Assembly: GCA_963749705.1 (NCBI GenBank)
Contig: CAVVNQ010000002.1
Coordinates: 169,024 to 233,023 of the forward strand
Source: an uncultured Chloroflexia bacterium
Lineage (GTDB): Bacteria > Chloroflexota > Limnocylindria > Limnocylindrales > CSP1-4
DNA: 64,000 nt
Direction of reading: 5' to 3'
The notes under the pieces were generated by a model. It did no database searches, was not told where the DNA came from, and saw nothing but the letters and a program-made list of their open reading frames with translations. The position numbers and the translations under genes were made by a program. Every line of letters starts with the position of its first letter. Position 1 is the first letter of the stretch. This document shows positions 56,428 to 64,000 of the stretch, one piece after another.

Positions 56428-56696
56428 TCGATCACTTCCTCCAGTGAATGGGATGTCAGCGGATCTCGGGGATTCCGCGGTGACCACACCCTACGACATC
56501 CGGCCCATGAAGGCAGTCCAAAGGTCATTGCAAGTGTGGAGCCGGAGCACCACGGGTCGTTGCAGATTCATGGTTTGTGGTGCACACAGGCACCGGCACC
56601 GGCGACAAGCCTGCTGACAACCCCTGCCAACGACGACGGACGCCGCCCGGGCATCACCGGCCCGGGCATCACCCCCATGCCCGGTACCCTTGGGCG

Positions 56697-58373
56697 ATGC
56701 CCGCCGAGTTCATCTACACCACGTACCGGCTCGCCCGACACTATCCGCCGGACCGGACCGTGCTCGAGGACATCTCGCTGTCGTTCTATCCGGGCGCCAA
56801 GATCGGCGTCATCGGTCCCAACGGCGCGGGCAAGTCGAGCCTGCTGCGGATCATGGCCGGCCTCGACGACGGGTTCACCGGTGACGCCCGGCTGACGCCG
56901 GGGTTCAGCGTTGGTCTTCTCAGCCAGGAGCCGCAGCTCGATCCGGACAAGGACGTCAAGGGCAACGTCCTCGACGGCGTGCGCGAGGTCCACGGCCTGA
57001 TCGAGCAGTACAACGCCGTGATGGCCAGGTGGGCCGAGCCGGATGCGGACTACGAGGCCGTCGGAGCCGAGCAGGCCGCGCTGGAGGACCGGATCAACGC
57101 GACGGACGCCTGGAACCTGGAGCGCAACGTCGATATCGCGATGGATGCGCTGCGCTGCCCGCCCGACGACGCCGACGTCACCACGCTGTCCGGCGGTGAG
57201 AAGCGACGTGTCGCGCTGTGCCGCCTGCTGCTCAGCCACCCCGACCTGCTGCTGCTCGATGAGCCGACCAATCACCTCGACGCCGAATCGGTCGAGTGGC
57301 TGGAGCGGTTCCTCCAGGAGTACTCGGGGACCGTGGTCGCGATCACCCATGATCGGTACTTCCTGGACAACGTCGCGCAGTGGATCCTGGAGCTCGATCG
57401 CGGGCGGGGCATCCCGTTCTCGGGCAACTACTCCGGCTGGCTGGAGCAGAAGCTGGCCCGCATGGCTGCCGAGAACCGGACCGCGGACGCTCGGGCCCGA
57501 ACGCTGGCACGCGAGCTCGAGTGGGTGCGCATGTCGCCCCGTGCCCGGCAGTCGAAGGGCAAGGCTCGCCTGAGCGCCTACGAGCAGCTGCTGGCCGAGT
57601 CCAACGCGGCGCGGGACACCAGCCGGGAGCTCGAGATCGCGATCCCGCCGGGTCCCCGCCTGGGCGACACCGTGATCGAGGTCGCCAGCCTGCGCAAGGC
57701 CTATGGCGACCGGCTCCTGATCGAGGACCTGACGTTCTCGCTGCCACGTGCCGGGATCGTGGGCATCATCGGGGCCAACGGCGCGGGCAAGACCACGCTG
57801 TTCCGGATGCTGGTCGGCGAGGAGCCACCGGATGCCGGGAGCATCGAGATCGGCGACACCGTCCAGCTCGCCTACGTCGACCAGGGCCGCGACGACCTGC
57901 ACGCGGACCGCACCGTGTTCCAGGAGATCACCGACGGGGTCGAGATCGTCAAGGTCGGCCAGCGCGAGATCCCGGCTCGTGCCTACGTGTCCAGCTTCAA
58001 CTTCCGGGGCACGGACCAGCAGAAGATGGTCGGCACGCTGTCCGGCGGCGAGCGCAACCGCGTCCACCTCGCCAAGCTGCTCCAGGCCGGCGGCAACGTC
58101 CTGCTCCTCGACGAGCCGACCAATGACCTCGACGTCGACACGCTGCGCGCCCTCGAGGCGGGCCTCGAGACATTTCCCGGCTGCGTGGTGGTGATCAGCC
58201 ATGATCGCTGGTTCCTGGACCGGATCGCGACCCACATCCTTGCCTTCGAGGGGGACAGCCAGGTGCGCTGGTTCGAGGGCAACGTCTCCGACTACGAGGC
58301 GTTCCGCCACAAGGAGCTCGGCACGGCGGCCGACCAGCCACACCGGATCCGGTACAAGCGACTGGCCGGCTGA
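56697..58373 (+). CDS. ettA: ABC-F ATPase, energy-dependent translational throttle protein EttA
   Basis: EFIYTTYRLARHYPPDRTVLEDISLSFYPGAKIGVIGPNGAGKSSLL; two ABC cassettes (LSGGEKRRVAL, LSGGERNRVHL); about 558 aa. Confidence 0.93.
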   Translation: MPAEFIYTTYRLARHYPPDRTVLEDISLSFYPGAKIGVIGPNGAGKSSLLRIMAGLDDGFTGDARLTPGFSVGLLSQEPQLDPDKDVKGNVLDGVREVHGLIEQYNAVMARWAEPDADYEAVGAEQAALEDRINATDAWNLERNVDIAMDALRCPPDDADVTTLSGGEKRRVALCRLLLSHPDLLLLDEPTNHLDAESVEWLERFLQEYSGTVVAITHDRYFLDNVAQWILELDRGRGIPFSGNYSGWLEQKLARMAAENRTADARARTLARELEWVRMSPRARQSKGKARLSAYEQLLAESNAARDTSRELEIAIPPGPRLGDTVIEVASLRKAYGDRLLIEDLTFSLPRAGIVGIIGANGAGKTTLFRMLVGEEPPDAGSIEIGDTVQLAYVDQGRDDLHADRTVFQEITDGVEIVKVGQREIPARAYVSSFNFRGTDQQKMVGTLSGGERNRVHLAKLLQAGGNVLLLDEPTNDLDVDTLRALEAGLETFPGCVVVISHDRWFLDRIATHILAFEGDSQVRWFEGNVSDYEAFRHKELGTAADQPHRIRYKRLAG

Positions 58374-58447
58374 CCGGCGACGACCGCGATCGGGTGCGAG
58401 CATCCGAGGGGGTGGGATCGCCGAGGCCTGCGGAGTATCCTGCGGCC

Positions 58448-59701
58448 ATGAGCGGGCGGGCACGAACCGTTTCCCGGAGGCCGGCGGCGTCATCGGGCCA
58501 GCGTGGCCGTGGTCAGCCGTCCGGCGCGGGCGCCGCGCGCGAGGCCGGCGAGCCGCGGACGGAGCGGATCCTGGATCTCCAGCGCACCGCGGGCAATGCC
58601 GCCGTCGCGCAGATGATCGGCGAGGAGGCGGCTCGCAACCTGCGGGCCGGATCGACCGGCGACGACGTGCGGGAGCTCCAGTCGACGCTCAACGATCGAA
58701 GCGATGTCGCGACGCCGCTCGAGGTCGACGGGATCTTCGGGCCGATCACCGACAAGGCGGTGCGAGAGCTGCAGGCGGCCAACCCGCCGCTCAAGGTCGA
58801 TGGGATCGTCGGGCCGCTGACCCGCGGTGTGCTCGCCGAGCCGGGGCCGGCGGACAGCGATGCGCTGGCGCGGAAGGTGTTCTCGCGCGGTGCGCGCGCA
58901 TACGATCGCGGCGATTTCGCCCACGCCTACGACTTCTTCATCCGGGCGCACGAACTGTCGCCACGACCCGGCCTGCTGTTCTCCGCGGGGCAGGCGCTGC
59001 GACGGCTCGGCGGCCGGCGTGACGAGGCGATCGCGTGCTACGAGGCCTACCTGGCCACGGGAGGTGGGACACGGCAGGCCGAAGCCCAGGCACACATCGC
59101 CGAGCTCCGCGGTCCCGCGGCGACGGGTGTGGTCGAGGTGGACGATGCCGCCGCCAGACAGGAGTTCGAGCGTGGCGCAGCGATGTACGACGCGCGCGAT
59201 TTCGCGCACGCGTACGACCAGTTCACAAAAGCGTGGGAGCTCGCGCACCGCCCAGGCCTCCTGTTCTCGCGGGCGCAGGCGCTGCGCCGCCTGGGCGGGC
59301 GGGACCCGGAGGCGATCTCGCTGTACGAGCAGTACCTCTCGAGCGGCGGCGCCACCCGGATCGAGGAGACGCAGCAGCACATCAAGGATCTCCGCGGCCC
59401 TGCGGCCACGGGGATCGAGGAGGTCGATGACGCCGCGGCGCGGGCGATCTTCGAGAAGGGCGCCGTGTTCTACGACAAGGGCGATTTCGCCCACGCCTAC
59501 GACGAGTTCACCCGATCGTGGGAGCTCGCGCATCGACCGGGAATCCAGTTCTCCCGCGCCCAGGCGCTGCGCCGCCTGGGCGGTCGTCGGGACGAGGCAA
59601 TCTCGCTCTACGAGGCATACATCGCCAGCGGGGACGCGCGCCGCCAGGAGGAGGCGGCGCAGCACATCAAGGAGCTGAGGACGCAGGGCGCCGAGCCCTG
59701 A
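58448..59701 (+). CDS. Protein with an N-terminal LQRTAGNAAV motif, a peptidoglycan-binding (PG_binding_1) domain and three 95-aa TPR-like tandem repeats
   Basis: GDDVRELQSTLN...VDGIFGPITDKAVRELQ...VDGIVGPLT is PG_binding_1-like. DFAHAYD..F....EL..RPG..FS.(A)QALRRLGGR..EAI..YE.Y recurs 3 times with a 95-aa period. Confidence 0.75.
   Translation: MSGRARTVSRRPAASSGQRGRGQPSGAGAAREAGEPRTERILDLQRTAGNAAVAQMIGEEAARNLRAGSTGDDVRELQSTLNDRSDVATPLEVDGIFGPITDKAVRELQAANPPLKVDGIVGPLTRGVLAEPGPADSDALARKVFSRGARAYDRGDFAHAYDFFIRAHELSPRPGLLFSAGQALRRLGGRRDEAIACYEAYLATGGGTRQAEAQAHIAELRGPAATGVVEVDDAAARQEFERGAAMYDARDFAHAYDQFTKAWELAHRPGLLFSRAQALRRLGGRDPEAISLYEQYLSSGGATRIEETQQHIKDLRGPAATGIEEVDDAAARAIFEKGAVFYDKGDFAHAYDEFTRSWELAHRPGIQFSRAQALRRLGGRRDEAISLYEAYIASGDARRQEEAAQHIKELRTQGAEP
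58856..59698 (+). repeat. Intragenic tandem repeat, 3 units of about 285 bp (last one truncated)
   Basis: Anchor DFAHAYD at residues 174, 269 and 364 of ORF 58394..59701. Long identical nucleotide runs (gatttcgcccacgcctacgac) in units 1 and 3. Confidence 0.8.
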
Positions 59702-59737
59702 CCCGGCGATCCGGGCGCGACCGCGCGCTCGATCAGG

Positions 59738-60241
59738 TCAGTGCGGGGCCGGGATGGCTGCGATGTCCGCGGCGATCGTCGCCGCCCAGGCACGGATCGC
59801 CTCCCAGTCCCGGAAGTCGCCGATCGGGTGCGTCTGGAGGACCTGCGGGTCGACGTCGGCGTCGGGGAGCAGGCGTCCGCCGAAGGTGCGGTGGTCACGG
59901 GCGCCGATGGGATCGGTCGTCAGGGATACCGCCGGGGTGACCGGGAGCCGTCCCCAGTCCGCCGAGCGGTCGAGCGGACCGCTGCTGAACAGCCATACCG
60001 GCCGGGCCTGGAGCGCCGCCAGCTGATGGACCACGAACTGGTTCGCCTCCCGCTGCCAGTGGGCGGCGTAGAGCGCGCTGCCCAGGATCACCGCGTCGTA
60101 CGGCTCGAGGTCGTGGACGGTGCCGGCCGCCGCGACGTCGACCTCGAGCCCGCCGGCGCGGACGACTCGACCGATCTCGTGGGCGATCTCAGCGGTTGAG
60201 CCCAGCTTGCTGGCATAGGCGACGAGGACACGGGCAGGCAT
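59738..60241 (-). CDS. Flavodoxin-domain protein (Flavodoxin_5/HemG-like)
   Basis: RVLVAYASKLGSTAEIAHEIG...YDAVILGSALYAAHWQREANQFV. Confidence 0.75.
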   Translation of the reverse strand: MPARVLVAYASKLGSTAEIAHEIGRVVRAGGLEVDVAAAGTVHDLEPYDAVILGSALYAAHWQREANQFVVHQLAALQARPVWLFSSGPLDRSADWGRLPVTPAVSLTTDPIGARDHRTFGGRLLPDADVDPQVLQTHPIGDFRDWEAIRAWAATIAADIAAIPAPH

Positions 60242-60403
60242 CTGATCCTTGATCCAGGAGTGCGGCGATCCCCGGCGGCCGCTGTACGCATCTTGCCGCA
60301 TTCGCGGCCCCCGGTGCGTGGCGTGCGCGCCGGACAGCAGGGAGCCGGCGGGGGGACGCCCGCCGGCCCTGGTGATGCGACTCCCGCGCGGCGCGGGGTT
60401 GGG

Positions 60404-60956
60404 TCAGGCGCTGACCGGCGCCGGCTCGCCCGACATCAGAAGGTCGCGCACCGGTGACCCGACGCGAGACCCGACGACTGCGTCGAGACCGTAGTACTTG
60501 CCGGCGCCAAGGCCGGTGATCGTCGCGCAGATGAGCGCGTAGGTGAGGTGCTGGTTGACGATGCCGTAGGCGAAGTCCCAGGCGGCAAGGAAGAAGAACA
60601 GCATCATCAGGGTGCCCATCGCGCCGGCGAAGCGGGTGAACAGGCCGAGGATCAGCGCGACGCCGATCCCGATCTCGCCGGCCACCACGAGGACGTTGAT
60701 CACCGACATCAGGCCGGGATTGTCGGCCAGGCTGGCCCAGAAGCCGTGGCGTGGGATTGAACACGGTGCCCTCGGCGACGTCACCGGAGACGAACGGCCA
60801 TCCGAGCGTGCCGTTGGTTGCGAACTTGAGGAAGCCACTCGCGTCAAACGCCTTGGCGGCGGTCAGCTTCTCGAGCCCTGCCCACAGGAAGATGATCCCG
60901 ACCAGGACGCGCAACAGCGCGATCCCGATCATGTGGATCCGGTTCGTGATTTGCAT
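60404..60956 (-). pseudogene. DoxX family membrane protein, disrupted by a single-base frameshift near 60749
   Basis: AGGAGG RBS plus ATG 60956. N-terminal 69 aa (..LLRVLVGIIFLWAGLEKL..GTVFNPT) are in one frame. The continuation HGFWASLADNPGLMSVINVLVVAGEIGIGVALILGLFTRFAG... is in the -1 frame. One extra base lies between the codons for T69 and H. Confidence 0.75.
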
Positions 60957-61117
60957 GGGACGCTTACCTCCTGCAACCCTTCCGTCCGGTGATGGTTCGC
61001 CGGCGGCCCTCAATGCGGGGTTGTCTTGATGTAGTCAGCCTGCACCGGGTGCAACCATTGTGCTGTGGGCCGAGTGGCCTGTACAGCGCGTGACTTTGGG
61101 AGGTCAACGTTGGCCGG

Positions 61118-61945
61118 TTGGACCGGGCCGGATCGTGCGGCGCCGCAGCGGTGACGATGCCGCGGGAGCAGCGGGGCCCTGGGACCCATGCAGTCGCCGG
61201 CGGCCCGGTCGCCCGCCTCGTCCGCTGGCTCTCGGCAGGTCCGACCTACCCGGCGGATGACGGTGACCGGCGGGTCGTCAGCATCCTCGGCCTGGAGCTG
61301 CCGGTCCGCGCCACGGTCGCCATCGTTGCCGTCGCGTTGCTGCTGTTGCTCGAGCAGTACGGCCAACTCAACGCCGTTGCCGAGGCGGTCGTCGGTGCCG
61401 GGGGATCCTCGGGCGCCGATCGCCAGCGCCTCCAGTCGATCGAGCGGCTGATCACGCAGGGCGCGATCCCGCTCGCCCTGGTGATCCTCGTGATGCGGGA
61501 CCGGCCGTCCCGGTACGGGCTCCGGCTGGGCGATGTCCGGGCGGGGGTGGCGGTGGCCCTGGCCGGGTGCGTCGTGATGAGTGGCGTGGTGCTGGTGACG
61601 GGGCGGTTCCCGGCGTTCGTCAGCTACTACGGGTCGCAGGGCGCGCCAGCGCCGGACGTGTTCCTGACCAGCGCGCTCGAGGTCATCCCGGCGGAGTTCT
61701 TCTTCCGAGGCTTCCTGTTGTTCGCGCTGCTCCGGGTGATGGGACCGGTCGCGGTCGTGGTCGCAACCGTGCCGTTCGCGTTTGCCCATCTGGGCAAACC
61801 CGAGATCGAGACGCTGAGCACGCTGGGCGGCGGGTTCCTGTACGGATGGCTGGACTGGCGCACCGGGTCCGTCGTGTGGAGCGGGCTTGCCCACACCTGG
61901 ATCCTCGGGTTCCTGGTCATCGTCGCGTCCTCGGCAGGCGGATAG
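61118..61945 (+). CDS. CPBP family intramembrane glutamic endopeptidase (CAAX protease/Abi-like)
   Basis: EVIPAEFFFRGFLL (EExxxR-like) and FAFAHLG...SGLAH motifs; polytopic. Start is uncertain. Confidence 0.8.
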   Translation: MDRAGSCGAAAVTMPREQRGPGTHAVAGGPVARLVRWLSAGPTYPADDGDRRVVSILGLELPVRATVAIVAVALLLLLEQYGQLNAVAEAVVGAGGSSGADRQRLQSIERLITQGAIPLALVILVMRDRPSRYGLRLGDVRAGVAVALAGCVVMSGVVLVTGRFPAFVSYYGSQGAPAPDVFLTSALEVIPAEFFFRGFLLFALLRVMGPVAVVVATVPFAFAHLGKPEIETLSTLGGGFLYGWLDWRTGSVVWSGLAHTWILGFLVIVASSAGG

Positions 61946-61978
61946 CCGGCGACGATCCCGGCCCGGCCGTATCCTCGC

Positions 61979-63001
61979 GTGATGCCTCGAGACGTCGCGC
62001 CCCAGCCGGTCATCGACCTTGCGGAGGCGCGTGCCGCGGCTCGCCGGGCGCGGGACTGGCCGTTGGCCGACCGGCTCAAGGCCGACATCGAGGATGCCGG
62101 CTGGAAGGTGATCGACTCGGGCACGATGTACGACCTCGAGCGTGCCGCGGCGCCCGATGTCAGCGTGGACGGGATCGTTCGCCACGGGTCGAGCGCCACC
62201 GTGCCGTCGCGCCTGGCCGAGGCGCCGGTCGGAACCGCGTCGATCATCCTGGTCGCCAGCGACCGACCCGATGACCTGGCCCGCGCGATCCGCCAGCTGG
62301 TCGATCACGCGCCGGACGGGACGCAGATCGTCGTCGTCGCAAACGCGCCGTCGGCGGCGCAGGCGAGCGGGCTCGCGAGCCTTGACGCGATCGATCCCGG
62401 TGCCCCCGGCGTCATCACCGACGTGGTCTGGACCAGCGCCCGCCTGGGTCATGCGGCGGCCCTCAATGTCGGGATCCGCCGCACCGTGGCGCCGGTCGTG
62501 GTCGTGCTGGGCTCCGAGGTCGAGGTGGCCGGCGACGTGGTCACGCCGTTGGTGACGGCGCTCGAGGATCCCGGGGTCGCGGTCGCGGGGCCGTTCGGGC
62601 TCGTCTCAAGCAACCTGAGCCGGTTCGATCCCGCGCCCGACGGCGCGGTCGACGTGGACGCCATCGACGGCGCCCTGCAGGCGTTCCGACGCGCCGACTA
62701 CGTGGAGCGCGGGCCGCTCGACGAGCGCTTCGTCACCGCCCCCAGCCTGGACGTCTGGTGGAGCCTCGTGCTCCGGGACGGCGACGCTGACCCCGGTCTC
62801 GGTGCCGACCCAGGAGGCGATGCCGACACGCCGCCGGTCCACCGTCGCGCGGTCGTGGTCTCCGACCTGCCGGTCCGCCGGATCGAGCCGCCGGTCACGG
62901 GCGGCGATACGGACGCAGCGGCGCGCTCGGCCAGGCGCAACCAGTACCGGGTGCTCAAGCGGTTCGCGGCGCGGCGGGACCTCCTCGTCACTCACGGCTG
63001 A
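61979..63001 (+). CDS. Hypothetical glycosyltransferase-like (GT-A fold) protein with an N-terminal CysRS-C-terminal-like helical motif
   Basis: ASIILVASDRPDDLARAIRQL...GHAAALNVGIRRT resembles GT2, but no clear DxD. N-terminal ARRARDWPLADRLKADIEDAGWKVID resembles the helical tail seen on Cys-tRNA synthetases. Confidence 0.5.
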   Translation: MMPRDVAPQPVIDLAEARAAARRARDWPLADRLKADIEDAGWKVIDSGTMYDLERAAAPDVSVDGIVRHGSSATVPSRLAEAPVGTASIILVASDRPDDLARAIRQLVDHAPDGTQIVVVANAPSAAQASGLASLDAIDPGAPGVITDVVWTSARLGHAAALNVGIRRTVAPVVVVLGSEVEVAGDVVTPLVTALEDPGVAVAGPFGLVSSNLSRFDPAPDGAVDVDAIDGALQAFRRADYVERGPLDERFVTAPSLDVWWSLVLRDGDADPGLGADPGGDADTPPVHRRAVVVSDLPVRRIEPPVTGGDTDAAARSARRNQYRVLKRFAARRDLLVTHG

Positions 63002-63111
63002 CCGAAATGCGGGCCGGTCGACGCCGCTCCGCCAGGTGTGTACCGAGCCTGGCCGCGAGATTCTTCATTACAACCCCATAACGAAACGGCGCCCGGGTCG
63101 TTTAGAGAACA

Positions 63112-63163
63112 GAGGCCTCGCGGATAACATCGTTCCCCCGGCGGTGTGGCACGGCGAGGCCTC
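63112..63163 (+). other. Long stem-loop in a 360-bp lower-GC intergenic region
   Basis: gaggcctcgc (63112-63121) pairs perfectly with gcgaggcctc (63154-63163); 32-nt loop, followed by atttcct. Confidence 0.5.
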
Positions 63164-63361
63164 ATTTCCTGCCCGTCGCACGGGCCTTCGGCCGTTCCGC
63201 CTCTATACTCCGGCCGTGCGTCGCTGGGTCTGCATCGTGGCCATGCTTGTCGGGTTCTCCGGTGACAGCTATGCGTGGACGGTCCGTCCCCGGATCCCGG
63301 TGCCGATCGAGCGACTCCTTGATCCCGGCGGTGCCGACGCGGACCTGCCGGAAGGCCCGTG

Positions 63362-64000
63362 GTGGAGGCTGACCTGAACTTCCCGCCGCCCGAGGACCCG
63401 GACGACCTCGCACCCTCGGGACGCCGTCGCGCCCTGCTCGCCGTCGTGGCCGTGCTGGTCGCGGCCGCGATGCTGGTCCGCCTGTGGCCGATGGGCAGGC
63501 CGGGGTCCGACCCGGTGGCTGCCGCCGATCCGGGCACCGTGACCGTGCTCGCGGGCGCACCGGCGTCGATCGACCCGGCCTTTCACGGCGACCTCGGGAG
63601 CGCCTCGTACGTGAGCCAGCTGTTCGAGACGCTGACGGCGGTCGACCCGTCGCTCACGGTGCAGCCCGCGCTGGCCGCGTCGTGGTCGATCGGCAATGAC
63701 GGCCGACAGGTCGTGTTCACGCTTCGCCAGGGGCTGACGTTCAGCGACGGAAGCGCGCTCACCGCCGCCGACGTCGTCCGAAGCTGGCGACGCCTGTTCG
63801 ATCCGGCGCATCCGTCGCCGCTCGCCTCGCTGGCGGCAGATGTCGTGGGTGCCCGGGACCTGCTGGGCGGTCGCTCATCCGACCCGTCGACGCTCGGCGT
63901 CCACGCCGACGGCGACCTGCGCGTCGTGGTGGACATGGAGCGCGGCGGTGGCGACCTGCCGGCGATCGTGTCCGGCGCGCCCTTCGCCGTCGTCCCGCGG
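63362..64000 (+). CDS. ABC transporter substrate-binding protein, family 5 (peptide/nickel), N-terminal part; continues beyond the window
   Basis: The frame is open to the window end. TM/signal anchor RRRALLAVVAVLVAAAMLV, then IDPAFHGDLGSASYVSQLFETLTAVDPSLTVQPALAASWSIGNDGRQVVFTLRQGLTFSDGSALTAADV. Start is uncertain. Confidence 0.8.
   Translation, partial: MEADLNFPPPEDPDDLAPSGRRRALLAVVAVLVAAAMLVRLWPMGRPGSDPVAAADPGTVTVLAGAPASIDPAFHGDLGSASYVSQLFETLTAVDPSLTVQPALAASWSIGNDGRQVVFTLRQGLTFSDGSALTAADVVRSWRRLFDPAHPSPLASLAADVVGARDLLGGRSSDPSTLGVHADGDLRVVVDMERGGGDLPAIVSGAPFAVVPR

Noticed and set aside
60189-61013. 274-aa minus-strand ORF as an intact gene
   Set aside because: It is a composite. The first ~69 aa after the internal ATG are DoxX; the remainder is out-of-frame Arg/Pro-rich read-through overlapping the flavodoxin gene. 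It is interpreted as a frameshifted doxX.
62802-63377. 191-aa plus-strand ORF
   Set aside because: It overlaps the 3' end of the glycosyltransferase-like gene out of frame, and its first part is Arg-rich nonsense. Only the last ~50 aa, in the intergenic leader, could conceivably be a small uORF.

Overview
This is a 64-kb window of very high-GC bacterial chromosome, and its gene order looks actinobacterial or Terrabacteria-like. It is densely packed, and many start/stop overlaps (ATGA/GTGA) point to translational coupling. Most of it is core housekeeping. On the + strand: efp, xseA-xseB, dxs, tlyA-nadK-recN-xerD, scpA-scpB-rluB, a fused cmk/plsC, ispH, der, gpsA, moeA-moaC-moaB, an etfD-like Fe-S oxidoreductase, an acyl-CoA dehydrogenase, etfB-etfA, nrdR-dcd and ettA. 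On the - strand there is a glutaredoxin-like/ccdA/tlpA thiol-redox operon. Two tRNAs are present, Pro-GGG and Arg-CCT. I saw no rRNA, CRISPR array, transposase, phage genes or recognisable defence genes. The strongest non-routine observation is a 346-aa intein that interrupts dCTP deaminase exactly at its catalytic serine loop. It carries a LAGLIDADG homing-endonuclease domain and the class-3 signature (Ala1 plus Trp/Cys/Thr), and it sits in an nrdR-dcd operon preceded by two NrdR-box-like palindromes 31 bp apart. Secondary observations: a linked etfD / acyl-CoA dehydrogenase / etfBA module; a 24-bp tandem repeat inside a ~480-bp non-coding gap; a cmk-plsC fusion; a frameshifted doxX; a peptidoglycan-binding protein with three 95-aa repeats and an LQRTAGNAAV N-terminal motif; two SHOCT-domain membrane proteins; expanded linkers in DXS and Der; and several patches of orphan membrane or secreted proteins. 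I did not find a convincing novel multi-gene system. The orphan clusters are flagged as low-confidence leads only. The many long ORFs antisense to these genes are treated as high-GC artefacts.
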